This document shows, piece by piece, positions 11,313 through 22,467 of a stretch of 64,000 bases of DNA. A program made the position numbers and the translations under genes. Each line of letters begins with the position of its first letter. Within the stretch, counting starts at the first letter, position 1. The notes under the pieces are model-generated. The model did no database searches and had not been told where the DNA came from. It saw only the letters and a list, made by a program, of their open reading frames with translations. The stretch is from Parasitella parasitica NRRL 2501. Taxonomy: Eukaryota; Fungi; Mucoromycota. The stretch is from contig MU619237.1 of NCBI GenBank assembly GCA_025201805.1, positions 205,276 to 269,275 of the forward strand, written 5' to 3'.

Positions 11313-12827
11313 TCAATCTATTGTAATCAATTCTTCAATGACAGTGCTTCCTCTCAGCGAAGTAACTATATTTGTCAAGAATTCCATAGTTGCTGGTTCT
11401 CGATGGCTATGCTTATCCAAATATATGATGACCATTACTACATGCTTGTCTATACGCATTAAATAGTATGTGCTGCTGATGGTGCTGTCGAAAAAGTGGA
11501 CTGGACCAGACCTTGGATCGTTAAGTTTATGCTTACTTCCTTGTATGATTGAAATGATGTTTGGTAAATGCTTATTTGGTGGCTCCTATTGATGCATTTT
11601 AGCAAGGCACGGTTGTTTATTTGGAGGTAGGGAGGGGGGAGGGTTTCCAACTATACCTTTGGATGGGAATAGATGAATGGAAATGAGTGGATGCCTTGTG
11701 GAGGTTCATATGTTGTACCAGGACATACGTATCCTTGAGGATAGAACGGAATATCTGCGGTTACTTCATACACTAAACTAACGCTGAGTGCACCAAACTT
11801 CCTTTTAAATGTAGATATCCTAGACGGTGCTTTAGTATCCTGTAAGATCCGAATCTTTGCACAGCACACTTACTGTTCATAATAATCGATCCTTAGCCCT
11901 TTCCATAGCGACTTTTCTGGATCTTCTTCAGTAACCACACTTTCTTTTTCCAACAAAATGTTGTTGAAGAATAAAGTCATTTTTGCGGTTAAATTCCCAA
12001 GTACTCTTGCATGCCATCGAATTGTATTTGGCCAAATATCTCCTTGTTTATGATGCATTTTAGACTATGAATGCTTCTGTTTAGCTTCTATTACTTCTAT
12101 AGCTCTAAGCAATAAATACCTCTGATTGACCAAATAAAGGAAATCGCCATGTCGAGGTTTCCTTGATCTCATCTGGTCTAGACGACGATTTATCGGGGTA
12201 ATCCTGTTCCTGGCACAGCCTTTTCCAGTCAGACAAGTCCTGCTTTGTTTGATAGAGAGCCATGCAGGCGTCTTGAAATGCATAGTTGGTGATGGCAGTT
12301 CTCGCCCTTATCACACACGTCAAGATGTTAATTTCCTTTTCTAATCCTAGCCCAAGCAATGCAAGATCCTTGTGCAAAACCAATTCTACCGTCTTTTTCT
12401 GCATTGCTTCTATTTCGACCAAGATGTCACCAAATTCTCCCTTGATCGATTGCGCTAAAATGGATTGATACAGGGTTATCATTTCGCGTCTAATATTGCA
12501 AAACTTTGTCAAGGCGTCCATGATGACTATGATGCTGTTTTTGTCTTGATTCGACAGGGAAGCCGCTGTTACGATGTTTAGTATTTCTTTTGGCAGCTCG
12601 CTGGCAATATTCGCATAGACAGCCTCGACTGATGCGTCTTTTCTCATGACAAACCATCTCGAGCGCAAAAACTGCAGTTGGGTGAATGAGCTCTCGCAAG
12701 TAGACAATTTTGTAAGAATATTGCCAAGCGGCGGATACACCTTGCCAATCTTTAGGATTAATTTGTTAGCAGCAGTATAATCAAAAGCCCCCAGGGCCTT
12801 CATTGTATACAGACATTGATCTTCCAT
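11313..12827 (-). CDS. KICS2: KICSTOR complex subunit 2 homolog (C12orf66/DUF2003)
   Basis: Four exons (12827-12120, about 12064-11874, 11819-11657, 11586-11313); motifs ALGAFDY, FVMRKDASV, LTAKMTLFF, QGYVCP...PQGIHSFPFIYSHP, HLPNIISII. Apparent 1-nt frame discrepancy near 12060. Confidence 0.7.
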
Positions 12828-14470
12828 ATCAACACCCGGAAGAATTCAATGGTGAAGAAGAGTTGGCAATTGACTGACAAGACAGTGCAGATGTTTTACA
12901 GTCGCAATTTTGGTTTACGTCATTTGAGCCTTTATAAATGAGATTTGGAGAAGCCATCATTGTACTCGAACAGTTTGATCACAATAATACCTGTAAATAT
13001 TTACTTGAATCATCCCTCAAGCTCCATATTCACTGATGATATTTCGTGCTTGTCTGAAAATTACATAGGAATTGCCAGAAAAGATATCAGCGAAGCAGAC
13101 ATACAAAGCCAAGTATGATAAAGTACATGTAGTATGTACGGTTGAGAGATCTCTTGTCTGTACACGACAGCAGCCATCTCTTTTCCTCGCTACAAAAATG
13201 TTTCGTTTTTATGGAATCTATGTGGAATCTATTAAGGAGGCATATCGTATATTTACAAGTGCTTTACGTTTGGCTAAAATAAGGAATCCTCCAGCTTTCT
13301 AACTTTTTTTTTATGGGTATGGAAAAAAAAAAAAAAAAAAAAAAGCCATTAAAATACATATTAGAAGATCTGATGAGGAGTGTTTTTATGTGAACAATAT
13401 ACGAGACAATATATGAGGCATGTTTTCACCTATATTTGCATATTTCACGCTTCCTTTTTATTTATTTTTTGCGAGATGCGATTGACTAATACTCCCGCTG
13501 ATGTCCTCCATCATTTATCCAGTGCATGTATATCTTGACAAAAAGTGGCAATCAGGAACCTTAAATTGTCAAGCTCATGACTGACGTTGCCAAAGCACCT
13601 CTTTACTCCTCGCTGACCTCTGACGCATGCTATCTAGACGATTCAGCTCAAGCTCGTCACCCTTTTCCAAACTATGCTCAACTCAGGATACAGTGGTGAT
13701 GCTATTGATGTTTTTGATGGTAAACGGCAAGTGTTCAGGCTACTTTTGCGCGAGGACATCGTTTTTATTTCCCCCCCCCAAAAAAAAATACAGCATTTGA
13801 TTGCATGCTCTCATTTGAAAATAAATAATGGGCCGACAATTTCATGCCATATTCAAGGCATGCAACATCCAAGTCTTTTAGTTAACAGTGGCAGCAGCAC
13901 AATTCTGCCTCTCTAGAGCATCTTCAAATGTTTTTTTTTATAAATATAATTGCGAGTGGATTTATATACAGCGCTGCACTTTTTTCCGCCAAAATCATGC
14001 AAATTTGAGGTTATTCCAGGTTTTCCAATTAGGGTTACAGCGCCTACTGGTGCATTTTCACAATCTGTAACCAAAATGGACTAGACACTAATTGGCCAAG
14101 TTTATAGTGCTTCATACATCACACTGGAAAGTGAAAAACTCGCTCCAAACAATGGGTAGGGGTGCGAGCAAGATGTTTAGAAAAGAAGTGCACAGAATCC
14201 CCTTTTGTTTACTTGTTTTTGCAAAGGAATCAACAATATCCTCTTCGCGCCCCGCATATTGCCATGTGTAACCATCATTCATAATTTAGTGATTTACAGA
14301 GGATAACCAGTTAGTGAACAGTGTTTCAGATGGTACAACAAGATATATATGATTGGTCTATACCAATTTTAAAAGTGTGGGGTTTTATCCGCTGTAAATG
14401 TCGTATAAAAAGGATCCCAAGAAGAAATCCCCCTTTTTTTTTTCTCTTCTTCCTCACCTCTAATTCCATC

Positions 14471-14578
14471 ATGGCAACTGATAATTCAACCACACGCAAG
14501 AGAAAACAAGAAAACTGGTCTGATTTTGTTTACTCGTCGCCCAATTCGCCTCAGCAGCAACTCACTTACCCGCAACAA

Positions 14579-14614
<36 letters not shown>

Positions 14615-17553
14615 CAACAGCATCATCATGACTTCAACATAGACTCCATATTCACTGCGGCTCCGCAGGAGCATGAAAACAATGCTGGAAGCAGGAGACA
14701 CTCAGTCACTGTCGGTGAGATGCACTTTCATTCGTTCGACAAGCCGCATGGATTCCATGATTTAGAACAACTACTTGGTGCTTCTCTGCCGTCGTCATGG
14801 TCCTCGTCAAGCTCGGGCGGCTCTACTATCCAAAATAGCAATAACAATGTCGATATGATTCCTCATCGTCGTGCTCTGTCTCTTCGTTTAGACACACCTA
14901 CGCAGCCTATCGACATGCACCGTGCCTCTATTTCCACCGCCTCGCCTACCACTCCGGCCTTTTTTTCTCCTAGCTTTCTTGATGCATTGAAGCAAGAAGA
15001 CGACATCATGTTCGACTCCAACAACCAGTTTTCTGACGATATGATACACGATTTTATGATGTCTACGTCTGCACCGACCCCAGCATCCACTGCGGCAGCG
15101 TCCTCAGCAACAACAACTACAGCAACAACAACAATCACACCATCTGTTATCAGTGCAGGTGACGATGTAAATAACCTTACAAACTGGCTTTTAAACCAAC
15201 CTGCCACGCACAACAATCTGGCAAAGAGAAAGTCATCGACAGCATCGACAACAGCGTCGTCGACCTCGCCTTCTTCCTCGTCAGCGCATATGATGTCTAC
15301 TCCGTCGCCTCCCTCTGCTCCAATGACTTCGTTATATCAGCAGCAGCACCCCTCCATCCCAGAAGAAGAGGACGAGGACATTGATACAAACCTGCTTCGC
15401 AATAGTACAATCAATTCTCGCATCATGCAAGGAGCAAACAATGCTTCCATCATGAAGCCTTTGATCCAAAAATACCTTGCCACGCTCGGAGACGAAAGAA
15501 AGATCGTTATTCTTACAAGCAAAGTCGCACAAAAGAGCTACGGCACTGAAAAAAGGTTCTTATGCCCGCCGCCGTCCACTGTGCTTTCTGGCGCTTCTTG
15601 GCATACGATAAACCCTTCTGCTGCGCTGTCCACAAAGCCGCTGCCTCCAAACCTTGTGGTTCAGATATCAGGCGAAAAGACCAGCCAAAATGGTGTTATT
15701 GAATGGCATAATAGTAATAATACCGTAATTGATGCTAATTCTATTATGCCTGGTGATACAGTAGGCGTGACAGGAAATTGTGTATCTAAACAATTGCATA
15801 TCAACGATGCAGACGAAAAGAGAAAGCGAGTCGAAGTCTATGTCAAAGTCTGTCTCGGCAACGGCATTCATCTGGGATCCTTTGCATCAAAGGGCATCAA
15901 GGTCATCTCCAAGCCGTCCAAGAAAAGACAAAGCGTAAAGAACATGGAACGTAAGTTTATAAACAAAATAAGAAAAAACGCCCTCTTTTTTTTTTAGTGT
16001 AACTAACAACAGTATTAGTTTGCATTCATCATGGAACAACCATTTCTTTATTTAATCGTATTCGCTCACAAACCGTTTCAACAAAATACTTGGGTGTAGC
16101 AACAAACAATAGCCATGGTAACAGCGCTGGCACCTGCTTTGTCGCTAGAACCGCTTCCTGGGATCCGTTTGTCATTTGGGTTGTCGACACAGCACGTTCT
16201 CCTGATGCACAGCAGCCGCAACAGCTTCTTCATCACCCCGACAACCCACACTTCCCTCCTCCTCCAGCCATCGCCTTGCAATCAGCGCCCGGTCAAGCCC
16301 CAATTGCATTGCATTACAATCAAACAGTCGTTCTGCAATGTGTAAGCACAGGCTTAGTCAGTCCTGTTATGGTGATTAGAAAGGTTGACAAAGGCAGCAT
16401 GATTATGGGCGGCAACCGTCTCGATGATCTCTCTGGCCCTACCGGCGGTGAATGTGGCGATGAAGCTCTAGGTGATCCTGTCTCCCAGCTCCATAAGATT
16501 GCCTTTCAGATCGTTCAAGATCCGTCTATTGCGCACAGCAACAAGGCTAATTACAGACATTATCAATTGCCACAGCACCTGCCTACCACCGAATGGACGT
16601 TACCTCAAACAAGCCAAGCTGTAACCTATCTTGCCTGTCTCGATAATGTCGTTGGCATGCACAAGACAACCACCGAAAGAAGCTTTGTAACTCCCCGTCC
16701 TATCCCTCCTACGCCTCCCACATCGTCCATGTCTACTTCTGCATTGAATAACCATAGCAACATGCCTTTGGAGTCCTCACTTCTGTCTTCATCGTGGTCT
16801 GCTGAGTCTACCTTTGATGGCTATGGCGTAATGTGTCAACAGCAGCAGCAGCAGCAGCATCATTTGGAAACTGGTGGAGGAAAAATGACTCGAAAAAGAA
16901 GAGTTTCGTGCGATATCACTGGAAAACCAATTTCATTACCTGTAATGAAAAACAATACGAGTAATCGTCGTCGTGTCAATTCGCTTAATGATGGTGTATT
17001 AGTAAAGCACGAAAATACAGGCGCTGGTCGTCGTAGCAGCCTTTCTTCTGACCGTCGCGGTAGCATTAGCTCTGATAGCGGCATCTACCATTCAAACGGT
17101 GCTTGTTGGACCGAAGATGTTTCTGATGCTTCAGTGTGGACCATTGTTGGCACTGATTGTGCGACTTATAGATTTTGGACGCCACCAGCTATTGTCGATT
17201 TGAACTCACCCTTCTCCAATAATACCGTAGCTGCTAGCCCTATAACACCATTCCCAGTCTTGTCTGCCACCGGCAACCAACTTGTCCATAACGCGAATAT
17301 CCAACAAATGCTTCATTTGACCGGCGAAAACTTTGCACGCGATATATCGGTATGGTTTGGTGACATCAAAGCGCCTCGTACAGATTACAAGTCTCGAGAA
17401 TCCATTTCATGCTCTATTCCTGACCTCCAGACGTTGATGGAGAGCCCCACCGCTTTCTTGGACAACGAAACCCAACAGCACCATAAGATTCCTATCTTAT
17501 TTGTTCGTGGTGACGGTGTGGTATACAATACTGATATGTTTTATAGCTTCTAA
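14471..17553 (+). CDS. CSL (CBF1/RBP-Jk/Su(H)/LAG-1) transcription factor, fungal F2 (Cbf12-like) class
   Basis: Exons 14471-15950 and 16019-17553; KVAQKSYGTEKRFLCPPP, IKVISKPSKKRQ, LFNRIRSQTVSTKYL, VSQLHKIAFQ, WTIVGTD, IPT domain LTGENF..VWFGD; polyQ low-complexity N-terminus. Confidence 0.95.
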
Positions 17554-20500
17554 ATATGAATACACTTTTTTACATGCTTATGATTCATCAAAAAAAAAAC
17601 ACACCACTATGATCCTCATTATTACCCCTTTTACCCTTTTTTTCTTTTTGTATAAAATCATTTACTCTTATGCTTCTAGTGCCTTTTTCTCTTATTTTTT
17701 CATTTTTTCAAATCCCAATAAAAATTCCTTTATTTTTTGGCTCTTTGCAGTCAGATGCAGATACAGTTGTACAGTGTATAATTGTCAATTAAGTGTATAC
17801 GTGTTTTCTCAATGGTGAAACTTCATGATGAAAATTGCCTAATTCGGGGAGAAATCCATGGACAAGGGCTTCGTCAATTACCAGTAGAATTGTTGCACAT
17901 TCTACCGTATACAAAACAATCAAGTTAAATGTTGTGATAAATGATGTTGCACATGAAATCATTTGATTCAAATTGTTTACTGGAATACATACGTATAATA
18001 TGTGTATATGTTGCATATGATGTCTTTACAGACTTTTTAGCGTATAAACAATCAACAATAAGCATCCTGAACTTTGGAGCCTTACAAAAATCAAACTTTA
18101 AATGTCTTGCACGCAAGATCAGGATTTCTTTTCGCTAGTATATAGTTTGCTTGGCTAGTTTACAATTAATAGCTATAAGGTTTTGTATACATTGTACATG
18201 AGACGAGGAGTATACATGTATTAGTAACTTTAATGCTGTCTGTTTCTGGAATTTTACTGTTTTCCTGTCGATTAGGACAGGATAGTGAAATTTAATCTAA
18301 TATTTACCCTGTTTTATAGCATCCTCCTCAATGAGTCATTCGGTTACATAAAGATTCCCGCATCATTAGCTTAGTGTATGAAAATAGTGTCAGACAAGAT
18401 ATACCTTGTCAATATTAGACATGTATAATGTCTCAGCCTTGTGATTTTTTTTTTCGTCCGCTTTTAGCCTCATCTATTGTGTCCAGTTGTATATCTCTAA
18501 AGGTGGAAGATAGTACTTCAGAAAGTAGCAAGGAATTGCACCGCGGAAAAACTAAGAGTCTTTGCCATTACTTCCTGAGAAAGAAAACCAAGATAGTTGA
18601 GCCTTCCCATCCCAATTATACAACGAGCAACAAAGAAAGATAAAAGAACATAATTACAAAGGCAATACTCAAAAAGGGTTTACGTACCAATGATAAACTA
18701 CAGGATAACTATTTTTTGATATTGGCTCGAAATTGAAGGGCGACTTGAAAAATAGATTCAACTCGATGAAAGATTTGATGTAAACTCATATAGGTACGCT
18801 TGGTCCAAACTCTCCGAGATATATACACTACGATTGATAAGCAATGATTTGCAGGAGGATATTTGCGTTGATCCAAAGATCAAGGATATTGAATGAGGGT
18901 TTGCAACGTGTGATCATGGTATCTTGAATATTCATTTTTATCCTGGAATTGTGTGCAAAATATAAACATTGATCAATGAATTGGTGTGCTTCTATCCAGT
19001 ATGCTCTGAAGGATGCCAATTATTTGATATTACTGATCCTGACTCAATTTACAAACAGATGAGGAGAGATCGAATCAATATGGCGTTGCTGCCCTTTTCC
19101 TGGAGACACAGCTGAAAACTGAATCCATTCTTATAAGAAAATATGCTGTCTATATATGAACAGTAGAGCTCTTGTTCGCAAAAACCCTAGGCTATGCTTT
19201 TGATTTGTCTAGCAGTTACCGTCGTGCTCAGTGATACCGGTACGTAGACGTTGATATGTTTTCAAGGATTGACTCAGTAGTGAATATCATCGTTCTTCTA
19301 ATAGATCAAAAATTATCTTTTCGCATTATCCAGTTTAAAAGTTGTTGCCAACTTTTATGGGCTATCAGCATATTGCCGCTTCTGAATACAAAAGATGAGT
19401 AAATGTCTTATAAACACGGAATTTAAATACGCCCATTCAAGAAGTTGCGTGATAATACAAGCAGAGATAATGTAAAAAATGAAGGGAATGCCCTACAACC
19501 TGGCCATGTCGAGTGTTGTTTTTCTTTCGCTTCCTTGATTAATTTGTTGCTCATGTAGTAGGGTGTATGGCGTACCTAAAGTAAGAGTTCAAAACCAATT
19601 TTCTTACTTTAGATTATACAGAAACGCAGTGAGCCCGTAGTTGTTTTGAGGGGTATTGTGTCTGTAGCAAAGGAGAAAATAAAAATTTGCTAAAATGTAA
19701 CATAACAAGTGTTTCCATGTAAACATGTGCCATTGGTAGCTGTTGTATTAATGCAACAGTTGGCGTTATTTTCAATCAACAAGCGCTGCTGAGATGTAGA
19801 GATACATGAACTTTTAAGCTTCTGGCAAAATATAGAGAGTGAAATTTCCAGATAGTTTGAAAGAGGCCATCAGCTACAGCCTGATCTTTTTCTTATTGTT
19901 CAACGTGGGTATGACAAAGTTTGGAAGTTAATCAAAGTTCCTCTTTTGTGATTCATACAAAATAAAAAAGAAGAGTACAGGAATCTTCTCCTATTTCGTT
20001 CATGATACTGGATTTCTTTGAGCAGGTCTGGCATTCAGCAATTGAAATGAAAGGATAGAAGATAAAATAGTTTGAAGACATGTTGAGACCACATATCTTG
20101 GCTCGTCTACATCTATCGCAGGTACAGTATCACCAAATTGATAAATGCTGATCCCTTTCTTTAGGGCTTAATACATAATTGATTTGTGCGACTTGTCTGT
20201 GAATGTAGAATAACGACTCGATGCCTTTTTGCTCGATGCCTTTTTGCATGCTTATTGCTACCAGCGAGATTTCCTTACACTAGACCAGCCAGAAAGGAGA
20301 CTCTTAGCCAGTCGCCGTTCTATTCTTTTGAGCTAGGCGAATGTGTTGTTCTCCAAAACTTTGTACAAAAATAAACGTAAATTAACAGTCAGTGGGTGGG
20401 TAAGTTTTCCAAGTGGAACTTCTTTTTGAAGATAACACCCTTCTTTCTTCTCTCATCTTCCTCCCCTCTTTTCTCTGGTTTGCTAAAAGACAAGACTAGA

Positions 20501-20642
20501 AAAAAAAAAAAATGAAAACTGGAGCTATGAATAAAGGGCTGACACCCTCTTCGACTGTCTTGGGCTCTCAAAAAACGTAAATGAATTGGTTGTGCCATGT
20601 GTTTTTTTTTTGTGAAATTAAAGCTGTGAGATTAGGAATACA

Positions 20643-22022
20643 ATGGTTTTTTCGTCGATAGATAACCAGTCCGTATTATCACCCCTAAGCAATCATCAGC
20701 TCAAGAAGCTTCAATATATCCAGCCCATGAAGCCCAAGGAAGCGTCCAAAGAAAACTGGAACAGCCATGTGTTTGTTTCATCTCCTTACGATCAACCCAC
20801 TGTGCAGCATCCCTACACCAAGACAAAGCGACCTATCAAACTAATCCCACAAACATTTACAACCAACGCCCGCAATGAAAAAATCGAAAAGACCACGCAG
20901 CGACCTACTATGGGTGGCAAAACCATCGGCGCTATTCAACATCTACCTGCCAACACTGCCATCAACCATCATAATCGCATGTCTTCTGAGGAACTTCGGC
21001 TACTAAGCCGCCGTATCGATCCTCACGAACCATTAGCCTCACCACATGCTTCTCCCCGAAAGCCGCCACTCCCAAACATCCGCCGCAATAGTAAAAAAAG
21101 AACCCTGCAAGAGCGTATTGCTGACACTAATACTGAGGCTGACGACGAAGAAAACGAACCGCCTACCAAGAAAATCCGCCAATTCACTTGTGAGCCTTGC
21201 AAGAAGGTGTACAAGACCAGAAATGGGTTTATCTACCACAAACAAAAATGCAAAAAGATAATCAGATTTGAAAGCAGTGCCATCATTGAATGCGTCTGCG
21301 AAAATTCCGCTGATGACACTGGCACTATGGTTGAATGCACCAAATGCAATAAATGGCTTCATTTGAGATGTTCTGGCGGTGTCACAAAGGAGGACACTTA
21401 TTGTTGCCCAAGGTGTAACCCTGCCACATTTTCGCTCCTTGACGACAACCTGCAAACAGAGCCAGAGCAAATAGCCACCACAATAGCAGGTCTCGTTGAA
21501 AATGAAAACAAAGACGAGTACGACGAAAACGAAGAGGGAGATGAGTTTGAAGACGAAGAGCAGCATATCTTTAATAATGGTCGCATTATAGCGGTTTCTG
21601 CTCTGTGCGAAGCAAAAGAAAGAGGCAAAAATCTTACCAAAACCTTTCAAGAAGCTGCTCAACAAGAGCAAAATGGCGAGACCACAGAAGGCGAAGCTGG
21701 AAAGAACCACTTTAGCTTTCTCAGCTTATTTTCTGATGAGCTGGGCATGGAAGCAGCCACAATGACTGTAGACTCGCCCACATTGCCACCTTCCTCAATC
21801 ATTGCCGACGAGGATTGGAATAATGGCTTCAACGACTTTAACTCGAGTGATTGGTGCAATGATGATGTACCGTCTCTGTTGTTCTCTGACAATAACCCAT
21901 CATCTTCTTTTGTTGACGACTTTATTACATCAGACATTCCTTCGTCCCCTAACATGACTCAACAAGCGGACTGGCTCCACTTTGCAAATTTTGATTTCGA
22001 TTTTACTTCGGATATCAATTAA
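20643..22022 (+). CDS. C2H2-like zinc finger + PHD finger protein with an acidic C-terminus
   Basis: 459-aa ORF; CEPCKKVYKTRNGFIYHKQKC finger and CVC..MVECTKCNKWLHLRC..YCCPRC PHD. Confidence 0.85.
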   Translation: MVFSSIDNQSVLSPLSNHQLKKLQYIQPMKPKEASKENWNSHVFVSSPYDQPTVQHPYTKTKRPIKLIPQTFTTNARNEKIEKTTQRPTMGGKTIGAIQHLPANTAINHHNRMSSEELRLLSRRIDPHEPLASPHASPRKPPLPNIRRNSKKRTLQERIADTNTEADDEENEPPTKKIRQFTCEPCKKVYKTRNGFIYHKQKCKKIIRFESSAIIECVCENSADDTGTMVECTKCNKWLHLRCSGGVTKEDTYCCPRCNPATFSLLDDNLQTEPEQIATTIAGLVENENKDEYDENEEGDEFEDEEQHIFNNGRIIAVSALCEAKERGKNLTKTFQEAAQQEQNGETTEGEAGKNHFSFLSLFSDELGMEAATMTVDSPTLPPSSIIADEDWNNGFNDFNSSDWCNDDVPSLLFSDNNPSSSFVDDFITSDIPSSPNMTQQADWLHFANFDFDFTSDIN

Positions 22023-22467
22023 CAACCATCCTCACTCTTTATGCCACATCTCATTTTTCATTACTTTTTTTTATTTTTTTTTATTCATATAGTCTTAGTT
22101 TATTAGTCATTTTTTTCCAGAAAAAAAAAACACAAAAAAAAAAAAAAATTGTATTAAACATTATATCATTGTCATAATACATCCGTGGCCATCATCATGG
22201 CTTGAATATATGCATTTCAAGATGTGCTGCATTTGGCAGTTTGAAGATAACCTTTTTTGTTACAAGTATTTGTAAGAGTTTTGCTATGGCATTTCAGGTT
22301 CCAGAAAACCATTGATTTTGGTGTGTATTCACGCGTTGTTTCAAAAAGAGATTTGCTTGTTGGGTTAACCTTCAACAAATTGGTATACAGGATGGAAAAG
22401 CCTTTTTCTCTCTCGTTCTTTTTTTTTTTTCTTTCTTTCACAAGCTAGGCTTGTAGAGTTCCAATTC

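Noticed and set aside
18428-19100. Possible decayed gene
   Set aside because: Protein-like fragments broken by many stops; no recognisable motif, so no call is supportable.
20217-20246. 15-bp tandem duplication CTCGATGCCTTTTTG x2
   Set aside because: Isolated slippage-type duplication with no associated element.
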